Source of the DNA: Eubacteriales bacterium
GTDB lineage: Bacteria > Bacillota > Clostridia > Oscillospirales > CAG-382
Direction of reading: 5' to 3'
Length of the DNA: 58,028 bases
NCBI GenBank assembly: GCA_045636665.1
Contig: JAZTXY010000130.1
Location: 1-58,028 of the forward strand
Of the stretch, positions 27,243 through 35,630 are shown piece after piece (the stretch's first letter is position 1; each line of letters starts with the position of its first letter). The position numbers and the translations under genes were made by a program. The notes below the pieces were generated by a model, which ran no database searches, had not been told where the DNA came from, and saw nothing but the letters and a program-made list of their open reading frames with translations.

Positions 27243-27296
27243 TTTACAAATTTATAACAAATCGAGAACCTTTTTAAAATATTCCTGCTTTACCAT
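27243..27296 (+). promoter_or_regulatory. Promoter with tandem WTWACAA box (paralog 2)
   Basis: TTTACAA-N4-ATAACAA and TACCAT at the same spacing as paralog 1. Confidence 0.6.
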
Positions 27297-27323
27297 AGCG
27301 GTACAGAAAGGAGGAGTGTTTAA

Positions 27324-28244
27324 ATGAAAAGCAAGACACTCGCAATTATCACAGCGACCCTTATCACCGCGGCGGCACTTGTTTTAACGGCAAGCCTTTC
27401 GCTTCTTAACGGCGCGGCTATCGACATCAGCGATGCGATCGTTTCTGCGGCAGAGCCCGTAATCGACAACGGAATCGCAGACGATAATGTTGAGATCGAA
27501 GTCAACGTTGAAGACACCAACGACGTCGAGATCGACAATGACGTTGATGAAGAAATCTACGTTGAAACCGAAGAGGATATTACTGTTGAAAACGAATCCG
27601 AAGAAGCTCCCGTTAACGACACCCGTTTGCCCGCTCTTGACACCCTTGAGGTTGTTAAGGAGGTAGACGAAAACGGCGGTTACGTTTGGGAATACGTTTT
27701 GTGGAAGGATATCGTTATCGACGTTTACGAGCATTCCACCGGCAAGCTTGTCGGTCAGGTTTGGATCGATGATGACGAAATCTACACCGAATTCTGCAAA
27801 ATCTTTAACGAAGATTTCGATTACACCGCAGAGCTCTTTAACCCCAACGATCCCGAAGACGTTCCCGTTTTCCTCCCCGAAGCAAAATACCGCGTTGAAT
27901 TCTCTTGGGTTGAACGCCTTACCGCAGGATCCTCGGGCTCCGCAGGCGGACTCGCATTCTCCTATGGCGTTGAAAACAACGAGATCTTCGAATTTTATCA
28001 AACCGGCTACCCTCTCGGTAACGGCGAAACCGTAATCGCTTATATGGAATCGCTCGTTGCGGAAAAGATAGCTCAACTTGAAAGCGGAATCAACGATTCT
28101 CTCGAAGCGGATGATTCCTTTGCAACCGTTATCGGTATGGACGGCGAAGACGGTTATTGGAACGGTTGGACCGATCCCTACACCGGCGAACGTCACGAAG
28201 GCGTTGACCGCTATACCCCCAGATTCCCGTATATCCAAGAATAA
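27324..28244 (+). CDS. Acidic secreted/membrane-anchored hypothetical protein, tandem paralog 2
   Basis: First ~84 aa nearly identical to paralog 1, divergent core, same RFPYIQE end. Confidence 0.85.
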   Translation: MKSKTLAIITATLITAAALVLTASLSLLNGAAIDISDAIVSAAEPVIDNGIADDNVEIEVNVEDTNDVEIDNDVDEEIYVETEEDITVENESEEAPVNDTRLPALDTLEVVKEVDENGGYVWEYVLWKDIVIDVYEHSTGKLVGQVWIDDDEIYTEFCKIFNEDFDYTAELFNPNDPEDVPVFLPEAKYRVEFSWVERLTAGSSGSAGGLAFSYGVENNEIFEFYQTGYPLGNGETVIAYMESLVAEKIAQLESGINDSLEADDSFATVIGMDGEDGYWNGWTDPYTGERHEGVDRYTPRFPYIQE

Positions 28245-28281
28245 AAGTATCGCAAAACGTTGCTTTCACTCCTTATTACGC

Positions 28282-28312
28282 AAAACTGCCGAGCAAATTG
28301 CTCGGCAGTTTT
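28282..28312. terminator. Bidirectional intrinsic terminator
   Basis: AAAACTGCCGAGCA-AAT-TGCTCGGCAGTTTT. Confidence 0.8.
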
Positions 28313-28327
28313 GTTTTTATATTGCTT

Positions 28328-29473
28328 TTACGGCTTTTTTATGTCGTTCTTCACGCTGTCAAAAATAAACTGCGCAAAGGTTTTATAGGTTGTATCCTTC
28401 GGGTGCAAGCCGTCGACGAATACCTCCTTGTTGTTAAGCGACCACGAATGAAGGTCGACGGTTTTAAGCTTTCTTTCCTCGGCAATCTTTTTAAGATTGG
28501 GGGTTACGTATTTATCGAGGTTTGCGTTCCAAGCGTCAGCGTTCCATGCATCGTCGCCGACCTTAAAGAGCGCGGACGGAAGAAGCATAATAATCTGAAC
28601 GTCGGCATTTACCTTGATAAACGCATCGAAAAGCTCGTTTGTGCTTTGAACGAACTTGTTTGCTCGGTCATTTGCCTCGTCCTCCCAATTTTTATAGGGC
28701 TGATTGGGAGTAGGATTTGCATCGTTGGTGCCGAGCGCAAAAAGAACAACGTCGGGCTTAAAGCTCTTGACCTGTTGAAATTCAACCGTCTTTTTGTATG
28801 CATATTGGTCGGTGCTTACGATAGAATAGCCGTCAACGCCCGCATTGAACACGTAATAATCGAGTCCGAGCATTTCCTGAAGATATGCGGGATAGTTTTG
28901 CACCTTGTTTGTGGAGGTTGCGCCGTAGGTTATGCTGTCGCCGACGCAGGCAACTCTGATAACCTCTTTTGTTCCTTCAAATTTCATATTTTTTATCTTC
29001 TCCAAATCGGAAAGCTTCGATAAAAACGCATTGCTTGCGCCAAGAGCGCCGTTTGCATAGGTTGCCGCAAAAAGCACCTTTGTGCCATTGACCTCAACCT
29101 CATATTCGCCTATATCGTATCTTTTCGTTTTGTCCTTACAGATATCGCGGCCGTTTGCAAGTCCGAAAATAATTTCATTAGCCTTTTCGGCGTTCGCATC
29201 GGATACGCATTTAAGCGATATACCGTAAATTTCCTTTACCTGTTTAACGAAATCCTGCGCCGCGGTTCTGAATTTTGCGGCATCACCGCTGTTGTTTTTA
29301 TAAACAACGGTAAATTTCGAAAGCTTAACTCCGTTAACCATAGGCTCTTTCTTAACAACGGGGCTTGAGCTTTCGGACGGGGTCGCTTCGCTCGATTCCT
29401 CGGCATCATCGCCGCAGGCAACGAGGCAAAGCAACATCATTGCGGCAAGAAAGAAACACAAAAATCTTTTCAT
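28328..29473 (-). CDS. SGNH/GDSL esterase lipoprotein
   Basis: Lipobox LVAC; CVGDSITYG, NAGVDG, LGTND, DGLHP. Confidence 0.92.
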   Translation of the reverse strand: MKRFLCFFLAAMMLLCLVACGDDAEESSEATPSESSSPVVKKEPMVNGVKLSKFTVVYKNNSGDAAKFRTAAQDFVKQVKEIYGISLKCVSDANAEKANEIIFGLANGRDICKDKTKRYDIGEYEVEVNGTKVLFAATYANGALGASNAFLSKLSDLEKIKNMKFEGTKEVIRVACVGDSITYGATSTNKVQNYPAYLQEMLGLDYYVFNAGVDGYSIVSTDQYAYKKTVEFQQVKSFKPDVVLFALGTNDANPTPNQPYKNWEDEANDRANKFVQSTNELFDAFIKVNADVQIIMLLPSALFKVGDDAWNADAWNANLDKYVTPNLKKIAEERKLKTVDLHSWSLNNKEVFVDGLHPKDTTYKTFAQFIFDSVKNDIKKP

Positions 29474-29657
29474 TATGTAAATCCTTCGCTTTCAAATCGT
29501 TTTCGTAATATTATAGCAATTATATACTTTGTTATATACTTTTGTCAATAACCATCTGCGCTTTTCCTAATCGTAGAAGCTTAGGTTTAACGGCGCTCGC
29601 ATTTTAAAAAGTCCCGTTTATAACGAAAAAGAGAAGCCGTCGCTTCTCTTTTTTCAT

Positions 29658-30092
29658 TTATAAATATTGTCGCATTTGTATTGCCAAATCGTCTTCGAGC
29701 TTGATAAGGCGGTTTGCAAAGCCCTTTGAAACGCTATCGGCTTGCGAATATTGGTTAAGATAGCGGTGAAGTGATTTTACCCCCATATTGCAGCCGTCGG
29801 TAATAAGGTCGGCGATGGTTTTATCGGAATAATCAAACGCCATTTTCATATTTGTCTTTATCCAAGACATCCCCTTTGCGGCAGGCGCAGGCTCCTTGCC
29901 CTTGTCACAATGCTCGCAAAGCTTTTGCTTTATATCGGCAAGCAGAGTTTCGTGCTGGTTACGGCAATCGGCAAGACGCTCGCGCATTTCCTTTGCTCTT
30001 ACGTCGGGCAAAACGTCGTTAATCGAGGAAACGCCCATTTTCACACCCGCATCGCATTCGCGCAACAGCTTTAAGGTATCGTTTTCGTGCAT
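29658..30092 (-). CDS. Conserved hypothetical four-helix (ferritin-like) protein
   Basis: GGAG RBS before MHENDT; LLRECDAGVKMG and IADLITDGCNMGVKSL helices. Confidence 0.7.
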   Translation of the reverse strand: MHENDTLKLLRECDAGVKMGVSSINDVLPDVRAKEMRERLADCRNQHETLLADIKQKLCEHCDKGKEPAPAAKGMSWIKTNMKMAFDYSDKTIADLITDGCNMGVKSLHRYLNQYSQADSVSKGFANRLIKLEDDLAIQMRQYL

Positions 30093-30212
30093 ATTTATTC
30101 TCCTTTTTTGTTGTTTTTTATAGTATGCACGGCAAAAAACATATTCATTCAACTTTGTTGACAAACAAGTCGGTTTGTTTTAAAATAAAAGCAATCGCGG
30201 AGGTTTTACACT

Positions 30213-32204
30213 ATGATGAAACGCTTATTTCCTATATTTCTTTCGATTTTACTTCCCTTTTCGGCAATCGCAGTCGGTTGCTCAAGCGAGCAGGATGCTT
30301 CGGTCCCACCCGAAAACGAAAGCGAAATTTCGGTCGGTGCGTCAAGCAACGTCCCCGATGACAGCTCAAGCGAGGCTTCAAAAGCTCCGTCGGATGATAT
30401 ATCCGAGGATGCTTCGGATGACGTTTCCGTTGATACTTCCGACGATGCTTCGACTCCGAATGAGGACATAAAAAACGAGCCGATAATCCGTCCCGAGGGT
30501 TACCCGACGCTTTGCGGAGGCTTTATGCAGCCAAACGCATTCAAGGGATATTCGTTTGACCGAATGAAGCAGCATTTGCAATATATGTACGACGTCGGCA
30601 TTGATATTCTTATACTTCAATGGTCGTTTGAAAACACGAGCGACGGAGTAACGAGCGTTTTCTTTGACGGCGATTTCGACGATGCCGAAAAATCAAGCTC
30701 GTTTGATGAAAGCGGAAAGAATTTTCTCGACACACTTCTCCGCGCCGCGGAAGCTGTTGGGGTTAAGGTCTTTATCGGTCTAAACGAAAATGACGAATGG
30801 TGGCAAAAATCGGTCACCGATAAAAATTGGATAGAAAAACAAGCCGAAATCGGTCTTGACGGCGCAAAGCAAATGTACGCGAAATACAAATCGCTCTATC
30901 CCAACGCATTTTACGGCTGGTACTTCGTTTTCGAGTTTTATAACTTCCAAGCGCCTGCGCCGATGATTGATAACGCGGCTTATCTTTTAAACCTTTACCG
31001 CAACGGACTTTACGAAATCGACGATAAAATGCCGATGATGCTTTCGCCCTATATTTCCTCGTCGGGCGCATCGCCCGAGGAAACGCAAAGGCTTTGGACA
31101 AGCGTTTTCGCCAAGACCGATTTCAAAAACGGCGATATTTTCTGCTGTCAGGATTCGGTCGGCGCAGGGCATATTGCCATTGACAGGTTAGACGCCTATT
31201 ACAGCGCGATAAAGAACGCCGTCGACACCAAGGAGGGACTTAGATTTTGGGCAAACAACGAATGCTTTACCCAATCCGATTGGTCGACCGCGCCGCTTGA
31301 CAGATTTATCGAGCAGTTGAATATCTCGTCGAAATACGTTCAAGCGCACATAACCTTTGCCTATTCGCACTATGCAAATCCCGACACGGGCAAGACCGGT
31401 TACCATCTCGCCTATAAGGAATATTACGAAACCGGAAAAATACCCGAATCGATTCTTAAAAAGCCCGACATTACCTTTTCTACGGAATCATCGGGCGCCG
31501 CCGTTAAGATAAGCGGCAGTATCCAAAACGCAAACAAAACGCTTATGGGCATCCGCATCTATAAAAACGGCGAAATGATAAAGCTTATCGACCTTTCGAC
31601 ACAATACGGTAAGGACGAATATTCCTTTAATTTCACCGATCATAACCTTAACGGAAGCGGAACCGCAAAATATAAGGTCTGCGGCGTCGATTATTATAAC
31701 AACGACGGAGATGCTTTTGAATTTGAGGTGGATTTCAAGGGTAAAAACGGCAAAAATATTGCATTGGGCAAGACCTACAGCATCCTTACACCGCCCGAAG
31801 CAGGCTATCCCGATGAAAGCGGAAAGGCACTCACCGACGGAAAATTCGGTAACGCAGCCTATTGGAGTCCCGAATGGGTGGGATTTTTGACCAAGCCCGA
31901 AATAATTATCGACCTCGGCAAGACCGAAGATAGCATTTACGCAATCGAGGTCAACACCTTAGGCGGCGGCAGCGCGGCGGTTTATGCCCCGACCGAAATT
32001 ACCGTCTTTATTTCAGACGACGGCAAGAGCTTTAATAAGGTCGTTACCGAAGCTTTTCCTCCCGACCTTGGCGTTGATTCACAAAAGGATATGCTCAGGA
32101 GCGTTATTCTCGACAATTCGGTTTCGGGCAGATACGTGAAAATAGCAATAGCAACCAACCAAAGCTGGATTTTCGTTGACGAAATAAGCATTTACGCGGA
32201 ATAA
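30213..32204 (+). CDS. DUF4434-type putative glycoside hydrolase lipoprotein with C-terminal discoidin/CBM32-like domain
   Basis: Lipobox AVGC, S/D-rich linker, VGIDILILQW, FYGWYFVFE, QDSVGAG, WANNECF; C-terminal NIALGKTY..LTDG..IIDLG..GRYVKI. Confidence 0.75.
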   Translation: MMKRLFPIFLSILLPFSAIAVGCSSEQDASVPPENESEISVGASSNVPDDSSSEASKAPSDDISEDASDDVSVDTSDDASTPNEDIKNEPIIRPEGYPTLCGGFMQPNAFKGYSFDRMKQHLQYMYDVGIDILILQWSFENTSDGVTSVFFDGDFDDAEKSSSFDESGKNFLDTLLRAAEAVGVKVFIGLNENDEWWQKSVTDKNWIEKQAEIGLDGAKQMYAKYKSLYPNAFYGWYFVFEFYNFQAPAPMIDNAAYLLNLYRNGLYEIDDKMPMMLSPYISSSGASPEETQRLWTSVFAKTDFKNGDIFCCQDSVGAGHIAIDRLDAYYSAIKNAVDTKEGLRFWANNECFTQSDWSTAPLDRFIEQLNISSKYVQAHITFAYSHYANPDTGKTGYHLAYKEYYETGKIPESILKKPDITFSTESSGAAVKISGSIQNANKTLMGIRIYKNGEMIKLIDLSTQYGKDEYSFNFTDHNLNGSGTAKYKVCGVDYYNNDGDAFEFEVDFKGKNGKNIALGKTYSILTPPEAGYPDESGKALTDGKFGNAAYWSPEWVGFLTKPEIIIDLGKTEDSIYAIEVNTLGGGSAAVYAPTEITVFISDDGKSFNKVVTEAFPPDLGVDSQKDMLRSVILDNSVSGRYVKIAIATNQSWIFVDEISIYAE

Positions 32205-32250
32205 CAAAAAAGCGGTAGGAATTATCCTGCCGCTTTTATATTGTTTTATG

Positions 32251-33549
32251 TTATTCGTCGTCTTCTTCACCGAGGTTGATGACCTTACGGGGAACGATAT
32301 CGCCTGCTTTGGTAAGCGCGATTTTTGTAAGCATCGGGCCGACAAGCTCGTAAACAAGAACCGCGAAAAGCGTGATGTTACGAATCATCGCACCTGCTTC
32401 GCCGAGAGACTCAGCCGCGATGAGCGACATACCCAACGCAACGCCCGCTTGGGGAAGAAGCGTAATGCCGAGATATTTTGTAATGGTGGGGTGGCATTTC
32501 GTCATCTTTGCGCTCAACGATGCGCCGAGAATCTTACCAACCGAACGGGTAAGGATATAAACCACACCGACAAGAACTACAAGCACGTTACCGAACATAT
32601 CGAACTTGAGCTCTGCACCCGAAAGCACGAAGAAAAGGAGGAAGAGGGGCGCAGTCCATTTGTCGGTCTTGCCCATGATTTCGTCCGAAAAATCGCACAT
32701 ATTGCAAAATACGGTACCGAGCATCATACAAACCAAAAGCGAGGAGAACTTGATGTGAACGTCGCCGATATGGGTTTCGAACATCGAAAGCGCAACCGCC
32801 ATAATTACAAAGGTTATGGAAAGGGTCAAGCGCTTACTGTTCGATTTGAAGTATTTTTCCGCCGCGCTGAAAAGGATACCGAGCACAAGACCGAGAGCGA
32901 GCGAAAGAACGACCTCCAAAAGCGGTTCGACAAGAACCGAAATCGCGCTTAATGCTTCGCCGTTTTGTATCGAGCCCGCAATACCGAACGATACTGCGAA
33001 AACAACAAGGCCGACAGCGTCGTCGATAGCAACGACGGGAAGAAGGATATCGGTAAGCTTACCCTTTGCTTTATACTGACGAACGACCATAAGCGTTGCC
33101 GCAGGTGCGGTTGCGGTTGCAACTGCGCCGAGCACCAATGCCGCAGGTGTGTTTATAACGTCTTCGGGAAGGAATTGGCAAAGTCCAATAAGCGCAAGGT
33201 CAACGACGATCGTTGCAACGACTGCCTGGAAAATACCGATAACAGTTGCCTGCTTACCGATTTTTTTAAGCTGACTCAAACGGAATTCGTCACCGATTGC
33301 AAACGCGATAAAGCCCAAAGCAACCTTCGAAAGGATGTTGTTGTTTTCGACCGCTTCGGCATTTGCAAAGCCGAGCCATTCAACACCGGTGAGAGTCGCG
33401 AGCTGACCGAGGCAGTAGGGACCGACGAGGATACCCGCAATAAGATAACCTGTAACAGCGGGGAGCTTGAATTTCTTAACCAAACGCGAAAGCAAAAGTC
33501 CCGCAGTCATGGCAATGCCTATCGGCATCAATGTTTCCAAAACATTCAC
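32251..33549 (-). CDS. Cation:proton antiporter (CPA family)
   Basis: LPAVTGYLIAGILVGP, ATAPAAT, VVAIDDA, LLPQAGVALG. Confidence 0.92.
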   Translation of the reverse strand: MNVLETLMPIGIAMTAGLLLSRLVKKFKLPAVTGYLIAGILVGPYCLGQLATLTGVEWLGFANAEAVENNNILSKVALGFIAFAIGDEFRLSQLKKIGKQATVIGIFQAVVATIVVDLALIGLCQFLPEDVINTPAALVLGAVATATAPAATLMVVRQYKAKGKLTDILLPVVAIDDAVGLVVFAVSFGIAGSIQNGEALSAISVLVEPLLEVVLSLALGLVLGILFSAAEKYFKSNSKRLTLSITFVIMAVALSMFETHIGDVHIKFSSLLVCMMLGTVFCNMCDFSDEIMGKTDKWTAPLFLLFFVLSGAELKFDMFGNVLVVLVGVVYILTRSVGKILGASLSAKMTKCHPTITKYLGITLLPQAGVALGMSLIAAESLGEAGAMIRNITLFAVLVYELVGPMLTKIALTKAGDIVPRKVINLGEEDDE

Positions 33550-33724
33550 CTGTCTTTCATATTAATAAAAGCAATTTCATTAAAATCTCAAATTCCAAAC
33601 GCAGATGATAGCACAACCAAAACCCATTTTCAATAGTTTTTTTGAATTTGTATTTTTTTCTAAATTCAACACAGTAAACCCATAATCAACTGCAAAAAAC
33701 AGAACAAATTTAACAAAAGAGCGA

Positions 33725-33754
33725 TTGACACAGATTAATATAAAATGCTATACT
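33725..33754 (+). promoter_or_regulatory. SigmaA promoter of the GH25 gene
   Basis: TTGACA-18 bp-TATACT. Confidence 0.6.
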
Positions 33755-33786
33755 TTTATAAAGCATAACGAAAGGAAGTAACGGAT

Positions 33787-34521
33787 ATGAGCAAAACCGT
33801 AAAAATAACCGTGCTTGCGGTTATTTCGATACTCGCCTTGTCGGCGTCGGTCCTCGCTTTGCTTTTGTGGAACGGCGTTATTCTTATCAACAATCCGAGC
33901 CGCGACGAATATCCCGTGCGCGGTGTTGACGTTTCGGCTTATCAGGGTGAAATCGATTGGAGCGTTCTTGCTTCGCAGGATATCGATTTTGCGTTTATCA
34001 AGGCGACCGAAGGGTCAAGCTTTACCGACAAGCGCTTTGAATTCAATTACACCGAAGCGGCAAAAACAAAGCTCAGAATCGGCGCTTACCATTTTTTCAG
34101 CTTTGAAAGCGGCGGAGATACACAAGCCGCGCATTTTATCGATACAGTACCCAAAACCGAAAATATGCTTCCTCCGGTTATCGACGTTGAATTTTACGGC
34201 GGTTTTTCGAGCGAAAGCATCGACAAGGAGCAAATTTCTTCCGAGCTCGGCAAGATGATAAACGCGCTTTACGACCATTACGGTATGCACCCGATAATTT
34301 ATACCGCAAGCGAGGAATACACCCTTTTTATCGAGGGCAATTTCGAAAATAACCCGATATGGATTCGCGGAGTTTACTCAAAGCCCGACATCGATAAGCA
34401 ATGGACCTTTTGGCAATATACCAACCGCGCCCGTCTTGACGGATATAACGGAACCGAACGGTTTATCGATATGAACGTTTTTTACGGAAGCAAGGAAAGC
34501 TTTGAACGCTTCGGAAAATGA
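33787..34521 (+). CDS. GH25 lysozyme/muramidase with N-terminal membrane anchor
   Basis: GVDVSAYQG, FIKATEG, GAYHFF, PPVIDVE, WTFWQYT, IDMNVF. Confidence 0.95.
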   Translation: MSKTVKITVLAVISILALSASVLALLLWNGVILINNPSRDEYPVRGVDVSAYQGEIDWSVLASQDIDFAFIKATEGSSFTDKRFEFNYTEAAKTKLRIGAYHFFSFESGGDTQAAHFIDTVPKTENMLPPVIDVEFYGGFSSESIDKEQISSELGKMINALYDHYGMHPIIYTASEEYTLFIEGNFENNPIWIRGVYSKPDIDKQWTFWQYTNRARLDGYNGTERFIDMNVFYGSKESFERFGK

Positions 34522-34562
34522 ACAAACAAAAAAGAGCCGTTTAAGGCTCTTTTTGCATTTTT

Positions 34563-35483
34563 TTACGGAATATCCTCGACTACCGTTTCGGGCGGAGCAT
34601 CCAAAAGATAGGGGTTTCGTATCAAGCTGTTGAAATAGCGAAGCGAAACCGAATAGGCGTGTCCGTCGGCAATGCGTTCATCACAAGAGATGCGGTAATC
34701 CATAAAGGTCATCCGCTTAACGCTTCCGTCTTGCTGTAATTCGTTTTCCTTGTATCTTCTGCCGAACGCAAAAAATATCGGAATATTTCCAAAATTATAC
34801 AAATGATGATAAATCGGCGAAACACCGAGAGAAGCGAGCGAGGTTACGGCTATGCTTCCGTGAAACGGCGAAACCGAAGTAAGCGATTTCGGAATAATGC
34901 CGTAAAATTCCATACGCTCCAAAAACCACGCAATAATGCGAAGCAAAAACCTCGGAAGCTTGTTTAAGGTCTTGGCAAGGCCTTCAAAATCGTCGTTGGA
35001 TTCGAGCGCAGAGCGAACAACGTCGTTGGTTATACGGTAAACGTCCTCGGCGGTCGCTTCGGGCGGATAAATAAGCTTTACCACCGTATCGTCGGCGTTA
35101 AGCTTCATTTCCTTTTTGACGGTCATTACTATTTCGATATTGTTTCTTGCGTAAATACGTCTGCCGCGTATAAAACGGTTCATTTCGGGATGCTGTGAAT
35201 ACATCCGCACGAGCGCGGCAAGAAAGAGATGCATTATGCTGAAATCGGTCAATCCCGCTTCGCGCTTTTGCTTTATGTATTCCTCGGCAGTGCCGATGTC
35301 AAGCTTTTCGGAAAAATAGTTTGTCGCATCGTTGCGCTCCTTCATAAGATAAAGAGCAACGTAATGCATCGGGTCAAGCGTGCGTACACGCCTTCCCTCT
35401 TTTTTCGATTTGTTTTTCAAGATTTTCGCGGCCTTTTTTTCTTCTTTGGTCATAAAATCCTCCACAACCGATGGATTTTTCAA
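34563..35483 (-). CDS. Stand-alone 2-oxoacid dehydrogenase E2 / CAT-like acyltransferase catalytic domain protein
   Basis: HPEMNRF, GSIAVTSLASLG, CDERIADGH; no lipoyl domain. Start could be 35483 or 35453. Confidence 0.8.
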   Translation of the reverse strand: MKNPSVVEDFMTKEEKKAAKILKNKSKKEGRRVRTLDPMHYVALYLMKERNDATNYFSEKLDIGTAEEYIKQKREAGLTDFSIMHLFLAALVRMYSQHPEMNRFIRGRRIYARNNIEIVMTVKKEMKLNADDTVVKLIYPPEATAEDVYRITNDVVRSALESNDDFEGLAKTLNKLPRFLLRIIAWFLERMEFYGIIPKSLTSVSPFHGSIAVTSLASLGVSPIYHHLYNFGNIPIFFAFGRRYKENELQQDGSVKRMTFMDYRISCDERIADGHAYSVSLRYFNSLIRNPYLLDAPPETVVEDIP

Positions 35484-35630
35484 AAAAATCCTCTACGTTA
35501 TCTTATCATAAAGTCAAATGTTTTTCAAGCATATCTTTTTTTGACCGAAAACCGATTAAAATGTACTTGAAATTGCGCTTAAATTGTGTTATCATTTCTG
35601 TGTATAAATATGTTTACGGAGGAATTATTT

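Noticed and set aside
26194..28238. Paired minus-strand ORFs of 273 and 284 aa
   Set aside because: Mirror frames of the acidic paralogs; the plus strand has the promoter, RBS and signal sequence.
26134..28244. Diversity-generating retroelement template/variable repeats
   Set aside because: No reverse transcriptase, and differences are not adenine-specific.
29520..29543. TTATATACTTT tandem repeat in the SGNH promoter
   Set aside because: Only two AT-rich copies; cannot distinguish an operator from slippage.
33787..34521. GH25 as a prophage endolysin
   Set aside because: Has its own sigmaA promoter and membrane anchor; no holin or phage genes nearby.
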